Below, one piece after another: positions 55,743 through 64,000 of a DNA stretch of 64,000 bases. The notes beneath the pieces were generated by a model, which was not told the DNA's origin, did not search any database, and saw only the letters and a list, made by a program, of their open reading frames with translations. Each line of letters opens with the position of its first letter. Within the stretch, counting starts at the first letter, position 1. The stretch is taken from the NCBI GenBank assembly GCA_043747615.1, contig JAYTOU010000023.1, positions 96,001-160,000 on the forward strand, read 5' to 3'. A program made the position numbers and the translations under genes. The DNA is from Myxococcales bacterium. Its GTDB lineage: Bacteria; Myxococcota_A; Polyangia; Polyangiales; Polyangiaceae.

Positions 55743-57848
55743 ATGCCGAAAGGGCGTCGTCCCACTACTGCACGCGCGGCTAGCGATCCGGCCCAGAAGC
55801 GGGGCTCGCGGCTTGATGAAGATGAAGCGAAACGTCGCTTTGACGTAACTCCCGAGCCACGAGCTGAATCGTTTCAGGAGCCCGCGGCTAAGGGAAAGAA
55901 ATTGACCTTCGTCGTCCAGAAGCACGACGCTACGCGCATGCGCTTCGACAGCGAGAAGCTCAAGGGCGCGCGAGAGCTCGTCCTCAGCATGGGCGACCCG
56001 GCGGCGGCTGTGAACGCCGGCGGCACCATGGATCTCTCCAACTTCTCGTTCGAGATCAAGTACGACGGGTACCGTCTGATCGCCGGTAAAGCGGCCTCGG
56101 ACGTGAAGCTCTTCAGCCGCGCGCACAAGGACTGGACCGATCGCTTCAAGCCGATCGCGGAGGCGATGAAGAACCTCTCGGCGCGCGAAGCTGTGCTCGA
56201 TGGCGAAGCGTGTGTCGTCGATGCCCAAGGGGCTCCCGGATTTGCGCGCCTTCAGCAGTGGCTCGCGGGGGAGAAGGTCGACGGGACGCTCGCCTTCTGT
56301 GTGTTCGATCTTCTGTGGCTCGACGGGCGCGACCTCCGGCGCCTTCCCCTCGAAGAGCGGCGCGAGGTCCTCGAGGCTCTCTTGCGAGACGCGGTTCCTC
56401 CCCTCTCCTTCTCCGCATCCATCGACGGCGACGTCGCCGAGATTCTCAAGGTCACGCGCGCCGCCGGGCTCGAAGGGATTATCGCCAAACGCAAGGGGTC
56501 TCCGTACGTCGAAGGGCCCACCTCGAACTGGCTCAAGATCAAGTTTCAACAGCGGCAGGACTGCGCCATCGTCGGTTACGTACCGATGACCGGCACGAAC
56601 GTGGTCGGGGCGCTCATCCTCGCGGTGGTCGAGCCCGGCGGCCGCTTGGTCTACGCCGGGCGGGTGGGTACGGGCTTCGACACCAAGATGCGGCGAGACC
56701 TCGCGCGGCGTCTGGACCAATCGCGGGTCAAAGCGCCGCCAGTGACCGGCGCTCCTCGCCTCTCGGCGGTGTGGTCGGCGCCCGAGCTCGTCGCAGACAT
56801 CGGGCACGCGGGCTGGACACGCAGCGGAAGCCCATTTCACCCGCGTTTCCTAGGGCTGCGCGAGGACAAGTCACCACTCGAGTGCGTGCGCGAGACGCCG
56901 GGAGGCACGTCAGACGTCGAGGCTCCCAAGGCGGAGGTTGCACGCTCTCCGCTCGTCGTAAAACTGACGAATCCCGACAAAGTCCTCTTCCCAAAGGACG
57001 GCTTCAGCAAGCGGGACGTGCTTGCATATTACATGGATATCGCCCCCGTCATGCTTCCTCATCTCGCCGGGCGACCGCTGACGCTTCAGCGCTGGCCTAA
57101 TGGGATCCACGGCAAGGAGTGGTACCAGCACCGCGTGCCGCTCGACCCGCCGGAGTTCGTCCGGCTACTGCGCTTTGAAGACAGCGGGCAATCGGAGCGC
57201 GGTGAGAAGCAGCGCGTCGTGGTCGACAACGTCGAGACGCTCGCCTGGCTCGCCAACCTCGCGGCGATCACCCTTCATGGTTGGACGAGTCACGCCCCGC
57301 CGAACGCGCGAACGGAGTCAAAAGCAGAGGCGGAGAGCGCTCTGTCTCTTCCAGACTACGTCGTGATCGATCTCGATCCGGGCGACGGTCCGTGGTCGGA
57401 CGTGATCGAAGTGGCGAGCTCAGTGCGCGTGCTCCTCGAGGCCCTCGAGCTCGAGAGCGTCGTGAAGACCAGCGGCAAGCGCGGAATTCATGTCGTGATT
57501 CCTATCGCGCGGGGGCCGTCGCATTCGCAGGCTACGGCGTTCGCCGCGAGCATCGCCCAGGCGGTCGCCAAGGTTCACTCAACGATCGCGACGGTGGAGC
57601 GGACCATCGACAAGCGCAAAGGGCGGCTTTACGTCGACGCGGCCCAGAATGGACGCGGCCGAACCATCGTGTCTCCCTACACCATACGCGCGCTCGACGG
57701 CGCGCCCGTGTCGACGCCGATTATGTGGAGCGAGGTGACGCAATCGCTCGACCCGCGAAAGTTCACGATCAAGACAGTGCGCGATCGCGTGGCAAAATAC
57801 GGCGACCTCTTCGCTCCCGCCATCCGCGGGACAGCAAAGCTATCGTAG
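55743..57848 (+). CDS. ligD: DNA ligase D (ligase + polymerase domains; phosphoesterase domain largely deleted)
   Basis: EIKYDGYR, LDGE, FDLL, EGIIAK, WLKIK, GRVGTGF; DLDP, KTSGKRGIHV, YVD..QN. Confidence 0.9.
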   Translation: MPKGRRPTTARAASDPAQKRGSRLDEDEAKRRFDVTPEPRAESFQEPAAKGKKLTFVVQKHDATRMRFDSEKLKGARELVLSMGDPAAAVNAGGTMDLSNFSFEIKYDGYRLIAGKAASDVKLFSRAHKDWTDRFKPIAEAMKNLSAREAVLDGEACVVDAQGAPGFARLQQWLAGEKVDGTLAFCVFDLLWLDGRDLRRLPLEERREVLEALLRDAVPPLSFSASIDGDVAEILKVTRAAGLEGIIAKRKGSPYVEGPTSNWLKIKFQQRQDCAIVGYVPMTGTNVVGALILAVVEPGGRLVYAGRVGTGFDTKMRRDLARRLDQSRVKAPPVTGAPRLSAVWSAPELVADIGHAGWTRSGSPFHPRFLGLREDKSPLECVRETPGGTSDVEAPKAEVARSPLVVKLTNPDKVLFPKDGFSKRDVLAYYMDIAPVMLPHLAGRPLTLQRWPNGIHGKEWYQHRVPLDPPEFVRLLRFEDSGQSERGEKQRVVVDNVETLAWLANLAAITLHGWTSHAPPNARTESKAEAESALSLPDYVVIDLDPGDGPWSDVIEVASSVRVLLEALELESVVKTSGKRGIHVVIPIARGPSHSQATAFAASIAQAVAKVHSTIATVERTIDKRKGRLYVDAAQNGRGRTIVSPYTIRALDGAPVSTPIMWSEVTQSLDPRKFTIKTVRDRVAKYGDLFAPAIRGTAKLS

Positions 57849-57868
57849 AAGCGAGACGCTCGTGGGCG

Positions 57869-58216
57869 TCACTCGATCTTGAACTTTTTGCCGACATTGA
57901 CGGAGGCGCCGTTGAACGCGGGGATCTTGGCTTTTTTGTAGGCGTTCACGACGCAGGCGCCGACTTTGGTTCCCGCGAAGGGCGCGTCGACCGCGGCTGC
58001 AGATACGGTGCCGCTGGCGACGAAAGTCACGATGACGTGGCCGTCCCCGGTGGGGCCCTTCTTCTTCTTGCAGACGCCGACGTCGACGGCCTTCATCGCC
58101 GTCGACGCCGCTTCGCGATCGAACGCGTCAGAGGTCTCTTTACTCTGCGCGTCGGTCGCGCCGACCATCGAGAGCACTCCGGTCGCCATCGCGAGAACGA
58201 GACGCATCGTGGGCAT
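57869..58216 (-). CDS. Small secreted protein, TonB-C/AgmX-like domain
   Basis: Signal peptide; FDREAA...C...G.G...VTF..SG.V...PFAGT.VG.C. Confidence 0.65.
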   Translation of the reverse strand: MPTMRLVLAMATGVLSMVGATDAQSKETSDAFDREAASTAMKAVDVGVCKKKKGPTGDGHVIVTFVASGTVSAAAVDAPFAGTKVGACVVNAYKKAKIPAFNGASVNVGKKFKIE

Positions 58217-58345
58217 GCGACCCTCTACAGCAAACTCTGCGCCGTCGTCGGCGCGTGCGGCGGGCGCTAATTTGCCCACGTTGTACGCGGATAACCATGA
58301 CCGCTGCGCTCAATCCTGGTGGTCGCCCGATCCAACCCCGCAGGC

Positions 58346-58825
58346 CTAGGGCACGCGCTCGAGAAGAAGGAATGCGACGTCGGCGGTCTCGCCTGAGGTG
58401 CGCTCGACCTCGCGCCACGCACCGCGATCGAACTCGGGGAAGCGCACGTCACCGTCTACATCACGGGCGATTTCGGTCACGTACATCCGGGTGACGAGGG
58501 GAAGCGCTTCGACGTAGATCATCGCGCCGCCGATGATCACCGGCTCGGAGTCCGTCTGGCGGGCAAGGGCGATCGCTTCGTCGAGCCCGTGAACGACTTC
58601 GCACCCTTCGGCGACGAACGACGAAGAGCGACTAACCACGATGTTACGCCGATGGGGGAGCGGCTTTCCGATCGAGGCGTGTGTCGTGCGACCCATGATG
58701 ATCGAGTGGCCGATGGTCACGCGTCGAAAATGCTTCAGGTCCTCGGGAATATGCCAGGGAAGTGCGCCGCGTGTTCCGATCACTCCATTGCGCGCCATGG
58801 CGACGATGAGCGACAGAGGACGCAT
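58346..58825 (-). CDS. folA: Dihydrofolate reductase
   Basis: VIG....LPW.IPEDLKHF, IMGR.T, PLP.R.N, IGG, GD..FP. Confidence 0.95.
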   Translation of the reverse strand: MRPLSLIVAMARNGVIGTRGALPWHIPEDLKHFRRVTIGHSIIMGRTTHASIGKPLPHRRNIVVSRSSSFVAEGCEVVHGLDEAIALARQTDSEPVIIGGAMIYVEALPLVTRMYVTEIARDVDGDVRFPEFDRGAWREVERTSGETADVAFLLLERVP

Positions 58826-59667
58826 CAGACCGAGACCTCGGCCTTGATGTGCGGCAGCGGATCGTAGCCCTCGAGGGTAAAGTCCTCGAGGCGGAAGGCG
58901 AAGAGATCCTTTGCCGTCGGGTTGATGAGCATGCGCGGAAGGGGGCGCGGCGTTCGCGAGAGCTGCTCGCGCGCCTGGTCGAAGTGGTTCTTGTAGAGAT
59001 GCGCGTCCCCCAGCGTGTGCACGAAGTCCCCCACCCCTAGACCGGTGACGTGCGCGACCATCATCGTGAGAAGCGCATAGCTCGCGATGTTGAAGGGGAC
59101 ACCGAGGAAGATGTCGCCGCTACGCTGGTAGAGCTGCGCGCTGAGCTCACCGTCTTGCACGTAAAACTGAAACAGCGTGTGGCACGGCGGAAGCGCGACC
59201 TGCTCGGCTTCCTTCGGATTCCACCCGGTCACGATCATCCGGCGACTCGAGGGATCGGTGCGAATGAGATCGAGGACGCGCTGGATCTGATCGACGCCGT
59301 CTTTTGCGTACGTCCCGTCGGCCAGGGGCGTGGCGGCGAAGTTTCGCCATTGATGTCCGTAGATCGGCCCGAGATCTCCCTCTTTGCGCCCAAAGCGCGC
59401 GGTCTGCTCCGCCGTCGCCCACTCGTTCCAGATGCGGACCCCTTCGGCCTGCAGTGACTCGACGCGGGTCTCTCCGCGAAGAAACCAGAGAAGCTCGATG
59501 ATGATCGATCGCAGATGAACCTTCTTCGTCGTGAGGAGCGGGAAGCCCTCACGAAGATCGAAGCGCATCTGATGGCCAAAGACTCCTCGCGTCCCCGTGC
59601 CGGTGCGGTCCGCGCGGTCTTTTCCGTCCTCTAGGGCGTGACGAAGAAGGTCGAGATAGGGCGTCAC
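58825..59667 (-). CDS. thyA: Thymidylate synthase
   Basis: [40 protein letters not shown] start inferred. Confidence 0.96.
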   Translation of the reverse strand: MTPYLDLLRHALEDGKDRADRTGTGTRGVFGHQMRFDLREGFPLLTTKKVHLRSIIIELLWFLRGETRVESLQAEGVRIWNEWATAEQTARFGRKEGDLGPIYGHQWRNFAATPLADGTYAKDGVDQIQRVLDLIRTDPSSRRMIVTGWNPKEAEQVALPPCHTLFQFYVQDGELSAQLYQRSGDIFLGVPFNIASYALLTMMVAHVTGLGVGDFVHTLGDAHLYKNHFDQAREQLSRTPRPLPRMLINPTAKDLFAFRLEDFTLEGYDPLPHIKAEVSV

Positions 59668-59705
59668 GATGCGGTTTTTAACACGAACGAGGACGACGGC
59701 ACAAT

Positions 59706-60647
59706 CTAGGCCGCGGAGAACTGCGCCATCATCGCCGCCACGGACGCACTGTTCACCGTCCGCCCATTTATCTCGACGCACGCGTCGAGCGCGCGCGACA
59801 TCTCGGCAGCACTTGCATAGCGAAGGCCCACGTCCCGCTCGAGCGCGCGCGAGAGCACCGCCCACAATGCGTCTGGGTAGCTCGGCACGAGCGTGCGCGG
59901 ATCAGGGATAACTGCGTTGTGAATCGCGCGCACCGTCTCGACGTCGTTCTCGTGCTTGAAGAGACGTCGATTGACGGAGATCTCCCAGAGTGATGTCCCG
60001 AGCGCGAACACGTCAGCGCGTCGATCGGGCGCCGCTCCATCGATGACCTCGGGAGAGAGGTAAGCGACTTTCCCCTTCACGACCCCGGTCGCCGTCTTCG
60101 AGACGCGGGCGTCCGATCGGGCGAGACCAAAATCGATGATCTTTACGCGGCCATCGAAGGTGATGAAAATGTTGCTGGGGTTGACGTCGCGGTGGACGAC
60201 GTTCTCGGGGCGTCCATCGGCGGCTCCAATCTCGTGGGCGTGGTGAAGGCCGTCGGCCACGCGCGCCCCGATCCACGCGACGACGTTGCACGGAAGCCGC
60301 AGGTTCTTCGCCTGAAACCCACGCCACACATGAAGAAGAGATTCGCCGATGAGGAGCTCCATGGCGATGAAGTGCCTTCCGTCCGCTTCCCCCGTTTCAT
60401 AGAGCTGCAAGCAGTTCGGATGGGTCAGCTTTCCCATGAGGCGCGCTTCATCCTGGAACATCGCCACGAAGGCAGCGTCCGCCGAGAGCTCGTCGTGAAG
60501 TACCTTCAGTGCGACGAAACGATTTCCAAGCGGTCCTTGGCGGCCCAGGTACACGGCCGCCATGCCGCCCGCCGCAATTTTCTCGCCGACCTCGTAGCGC
60601 CCGACACGCGTGGGTTTGGTGTGCGCAGGCGTTTGCTCGGTCGTCAT
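59706..60647 (-). CDS. Stand-alone cytoplasmic Ser/Thr protein kinase
   Basis: [26 protein letters not shown]; no TM or sensor domain. Confidence 0.9.
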   Translation of the reverse strand: MTTEQTPAHTKPTRVGRYEVGEKIAAGGMAAVYLGRQGPLGNRFVALKVLHDELSADAAFVAMFQDEARLMGKLTHPNCLQLYETGEADGRHFIAMELLIGESLLHVWRGFQAKNLRLPCNVVAWIGARVADGLHHAHEIGAADGRPENVVHRDVNPSNIFITFDGRVKIIDFGLARSDARVSKTATGVVKGKVAYLSPEVIDGAAPDRRADVFALGTSLWEISVNRRLFKHENDVETVRAIHNAVIPDPRTLVPSYPDALWAVLSRALERDVGLRYASAAEMSRALDACVEINGRTVNSASVAAMMAQFSAA

Positions 60648-60664
60648 CGCGCAGCCGCTCTAAC

Positions 60665-60976
60665 CTAGTTTTTCGATCCACCGAGGCAGGCAGGAGATTC
60701 CTGCACCGCCATGTCCGCGGCCCATTCAGCCGGGCTCCGCGCCGTGATCGAGAGCGCGTGCACGCCGTTGCGCAGCTCGTGGGCGAGCGACGCGAACACC
60801 AGCTGATGCCGCGCGACTCCGCTTTTCCCGTCGAATTCGGCGGAGACCACGACCACCTTGAAGTGTGTCTCCGAGCCCTTCGGAACGTTGTGCATCCCGC
60901 TGTCGTTGATGATCTCGAGCACGGACGGCGCGAGAGCTGCGCGGAGTTTCTCTTCGATGGAATCTCTGATCGACAT
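60665..60976 (-). CDS. bolA: BolA family protein
   Basis: DS..H.VP.GSETHFKVVVVS..F.G....RH..V, VHAL.I. Confidence 0.92.
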   Translation of the reverse strand: MSIRDSIEEKLRAALAPSVLEIINDSGMHNVPKGSETHFKVVVVSAEFDGKSGVARHQLVFASLAHELRNGVHALSITARSPAEWAADMAVQESPACLGGSKN

Positions 60977-60998
60977 GACGACGTTTCGTTTCTTTGTT

Positions 60999-62165
60999 CT
61001 AGGGTGCGACCTTTTCGGTCGAGGAATAACGCGGCACCAAGACGTACTTGAAGATGAAGTTTGCGACGATCGCCGCCATGATCACGAGGAGTCCAAGCGC
61101 CACCCACGAGAGTACGCCCGTGGGCCGCCGATCGGCCGCGCGCAAAATCGGAAGCTCGGTGACTTTCCCTCCAGCCGCGCGACTGAAGATCTTCGGCGAC
61201 GAAGGCGCTGAGGGCGGTGGAGGCGCGAACACCCTGGTCACGGAGTTGTCATCGTCAGGGCTGAAGTCGACACGAAGGAGCGGACCGTTGCTCGCTCTTT
61301 CTAGGAGCGGCTCGAGGGCACGCGAGATGTCCTCCATCTGCGCGTACCGCTCGTCCGGCGTCTTCGATAGCGCCTTCATCACCACCGCCGAGATCTCCTT
61401 CGACACCTGCGGCGCGACGTGGCGGAGCGGCTTCGGCTTCTCTTGCAGAATTGCGAACGCGACGGGAAGGCCACGCGGATTGTTCGTCGCCACCGGGTGC
61501 AGACCACCGGTGAGAAGCTCGTACGCAACGGCTCCCCAGGAGAACTGATCGGACCTCCCGTCGAGGGCCTCGCCGATCACTTGCTCCGGAGCCATGTAGA
61601 GCGGCGTGCCCATCACCACGCCCGTGCGCGTGACGAACGAGTCGTGGATCCCCACCGCGTCTGGCATGTCCTTGATGGCCTTGGCAACCCCGAAATCCAG
61701 CACTTTTACAGAGCCATCGTTGCAAACCATCACGTTGTCGGGCTTGACGTCGCGGTGCACGAGCCCCTGCTTGTGCGCGGCGCCCAGGCCATTGGCGATG
61801 GCGATGAGCCATTCAATACGCGTGCGCAGAGACACGTTCGTGTCGTCCATGAACTCGCTCATCTGCTTGCCGACCGCCAGCTCCATGGCGATGAACGGTG
61901 TGCCCCGGAACTCTCCGACATCGAAGATGTGAACGGCGTTCGGATGGTTCAGCGCCGCCGCTGACCGGCCTTCGCGAATGAGTCGGGCGGCCGGCTCGCT
62001 CAAATTCTCGTTCCCCGGCTCGTGCGCAAACTCCGGGCGCAGGACCTTGAGCGCGACGTTGCGGCGGAGGCGAGAGTCGTACGCCCGATACACGAGGCCC
62101 ATGCCCCCCTCTCCGAGCAGCGCGTCGATCCTATAGCGGTCGAACTTCTCACCCGCGCGGAACAT
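60999..62165 (-). CDS. Membrane-anchored Ser/Thr protein kinase
   Basis: LGEGGMG, VALK, HRDVKPDN, DFG, APE; C-terminal TM. Confidence 0.93.
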   Translation of the reverse strand: MFRAGEKFDRYRIDALLGEGGMGLVYRAYDSRLRRNVALKVLRPEFAHEPGNENLSEPAARLIREGRSAAALNHPNAVHIFDVGEFRGTPFIAMELAVGKQMSEFMDDTNVSLRTRIEWLIAIANGLGAAHKQGLVHRDVKPDNVMVCNDGSVKVLDFGVAKAIKDMPDAVGIHDSFVTRTGVVMGTPLYMAPEQVIGEALDGRSDQFSWGAVAYELLTGGLHPVATNNPRGLPVAFAILQEKPKPLRHVAPQVSKEISAVVMKALSKTPDERYAQMEDISRALEPLLERASNGPLLRVDFSPDDDNSVTRVFAPPPPSAPSSPKIFSRAAGGKVTELPILRAADRRPTGVLSWVALGLLVIMAAIVANFIFKYVLVPRYSSTEKVAP

Positions 62166-62181
62166 GGGGCTCCTTCAGCAC

Positions 62182-63240
62182 TCAGGGCTGGTGTGTCGCT
62201 AGGTCGCGCATCGCTTGCAGGATGCCGGACTTCTGAGGCACCGACGCTCGTTCGAGGTTGTCGGCGAGGCCAACCCCGGGGACGCACGCCCCGGCGAGGA
62301 GACGCGGAGGTGCGTGCAGCTCGTAGAAGAGCTCTTCGACCGTGCGGCGCATCAGATGCTCACCAAAGTTCGTGACCTCGGTGTCTTCGTTCACGAACAG
62401 GGCACGGTTGGTGCGCTTGATGCTCTCTCTTACCTTCGCCCAGTCGTACGGCCAGAGAGAGCGAAGATCGATCACCTCGACCTCGATGCCGTCGGTGGCG
62501 AGCTCGTCGGCAGCTTTGCGGCAGATCGCGACCATCCGTCCGTACGTCACGCAGGTGACGTCCCGCCCTTCGCGCACGGTGCGCGCTTCGCCGATCGGAA
62601 TGAAGAAGTCGGGTGTGTCTGGCCAGTTCGGCGACCACTGCGAGCGGTCTCCGAGCGGCGCATCGATCATCTTGCTCAGGGTCTTTTCGTCGGGCTCGCC
62701 GGGGATCTCTTCGCCGGGCGCACCCTTCGCGCGCAAAAGCGCTTTCGGCGCGAGAAACATCACCGGGTTCGGATCGGCGATCGCCGACAGGAGTAGCCCG
62801 TACGCGTCGCGCGGCGTCGAGGGCATCACGATCTTCCAACCCGGAATGTGCGTCGCCGTCGCATCGAAGGAATGCGAATGGTAGAGGCTTCCGTGAATGC
62901 CAGAGCCGACCGGGGTCATCACCACCATCGGAAGATTCCATTCGCCGTTCGAAGACCAGCACATTCCACCGGCGAGCTTGAGGAGATCGATGGTGTTGAA
63001 CGCGTAGTCGCAAAATTGAATTTCGGCGACGGGGCGCTGACCCGCGAGTGCGAGGCCGATCGCCGTTCCTACGATGCCGCGTTCGTCGAGCGGCGTATTC
63101 CAGGCTGTCCTCAGCCCTTGCGTGGCGGTGAAGACTCCCCCGAGCGGCGGCCCCACGTCCTCACCGAAGACGTCGGTCACCCCGTGGCGTTCCTCGCCCA
63201 CGTGCAACGCCATGCGGATCGCTTGCACCATCGTCGCCAT
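62182..63240 (-). CDS. 2-oxoacid dehydrogenase E1 beta subunit (branched-chain type likely)
   Basis: MATMVQAIR, FGEDVG..GGVF.AT, NTPLDE, EIQF.DY, HSHS, VIDLRSL.P. Confidence 0.9.
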   Translation of the reverse strand: MATMVQAIRMALHVGEERHGVTDVFGEDVGPPLGGVFTATQGLRTAWNTPLDERGIVGTAIGLALAGQRPVAEIQFCDYAFNTIDLLKLAGGMCWSSNGEWNLPMVVMTPVGSGIHGSLYHSHSFDATATHIPGWKIVMPSTPRDAYGLLLSAIADPNPVMFLAPKALLRAKGAPGEEIPGEPDEKTLSKMIDAPLGDRSQWSPNWPDTPDFFIPIGEARTVREGRDVTCVTYGRMVAICRKAADELATDGIEVEVIDLRSLWPYDWAKVRESIKRTNRALFVNEDTEVTNFGEHLMRRTVEELFYELHAPPRLLAGACVPGVGLADNLERASVPQKSGILQAMRDLATHQP

Positions 63241-64000
63241 CAGTGACCTCGCTTTTCGGCGAACACATGGTCGTAAATCGTCGAGCCCGCGGGCGGAGGC
63301 TCTTCGCGTACGCGCTTGGAGGCCTCGAGCAGCTCCTGGGTGTACCGGGTCCGTAGCTCGTCCATCCGTGCGCGGGTGAGAATGCTCCGCTCTTCCAGTC
63401 GCGTCTCGAAGCGCTGCAAGCAGTCCACCTCTTCGGAGATGTAGTTCGCTCCCGAAGACGAGGAGTGCCCGTAGAGACGGGAGACCATGGCCTCGACGAA
63501 GAAGGGCCGCCGCTCGGTGCGCACCACGTCCATTGCGTGCTTGAGCGCGTGGTACGAAGCCTCGGGATCGTTGCCGTCGATCACCATCGACTCGATGCCG
63601 AAGCCTTTCGCGCGATCGGCGATGCGCTTCTCCCCGTGCTGCGTGGCGCCCGGAGTGGAGATACCCCATTGGTTGTTGGTGACGATGATGAGGATCGGGA
63701 GCTCGTTCTTCGGTCGCGAACTCCACACCAGACATGATGCAAAATCTGCCTCGGCCGTACCCGCGTCACCACCCTGGACGATCGTGATCCCCCGACCGCC
63801 TGCCCGCTTCTGCGCCATCGCCGTGCCCGGAGCCATCGCGTACTGCACTTCGATGGGCGATGAGACCGGCACGACGTTCCATTTTCGCACCGAGTAGTGA
63901 CCTGCGAAATTACGGCCGCCCGAGTAGGGATCGCTCGCCGTGCTCTTCATCTGCCGCAGCGCATCGACCGGGTCGGCGCCCATCGCCAGGAGCGTCGCGC
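63240..64000 (-). CDS. 2-oxoacid dehydrogenase E1 alpha subunit (5' truncated by window end)
   Basis: GDAG...NN TPP-binding motif, DGND, RLYGHSSS. Confidence 0.88.
   Translation of the reverse strand, partial: ATLLAMGADPVDALRQMKSTASDPYSGGRNFAGHYSVRKWNVVPVSSPIEVQYAMAPGTAMAQKRAGGRGITIVQGGDAGTAEADFASCLVWSSRPKNELPILIIVTNNQWGISTPGATQHGEKRIADRAKGFGIESMVIDGNDPEASYHALKHAMDVVRTERRPFFVEAMVSRLYGHSSSSGANYISEEVDCLQRFETRLEERSILTRARMDELRTRYTQELLEASKRVREEPPPAGSTIYDHVFAEKRGH

Noticed and set aside
62182..63735. 517-aa ORF suggesting an extended or fused E1 beta
   Set aside because: The upstream part is an off-frame overlap with E1 alpha; beta starts at MATMVQ (63240).
1..64000. CRISPR array, cas genes, rRNA, transposase or integrase
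   Set aside because: No regularly spaced repeats or diagnostic motifs seen; the Cas4-like cysteines near 48560-48600 belong to the AddB-like nuclease.

Overview
GC-rich bacterial chromosome segment. Its gene content (four Hanks-type Ser/Thr kinases plus a pseudokinase, many Cys-rich lipoproteins, a ferritin-like lipoprotein, two Omp85 paralogues) points to a myxobacterium, probably Polyangiaceae-like (inference). Housekeeping content: threonine ammonia-lyase, UvrC, maleylacetoacetate isomerase, class III aminotransferase, phosphoesterase, Ski2-like helicase, AddAB-like helicase-nuclease, Ku and LigD, thyA-folA, BolA and 2-oxoacid dehydrogenase E1 alpha/beta. Most notable observations: (1) a tightly coupled four-gene operon of a DUF455 di-iron protein, an orphan ATP-grasp, YaeQ and YchJ; (2) a lipoprotein made of five tandem C-C-CC-C-C (knottin-like) modules, divergent from a pseudokinase-TM-FKBP fusion; (3) a twin-cyclase/STAND/TPR protein with substituted specificity residues; (4) a ~2.8 kb integrase-less island remnant at tRNA-Arg(CCT), bounded by a degenerate copy of the tRNA 3' end and holding a GT-C-like gene and joined gene fragments; (5) a LigD with an in-frame deletion of its phosphoesterase domain; (6) a 32-aa Lys-rich ORF missing from the ORF track. 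All calls are from reading motifs by eye; no database searches were run.
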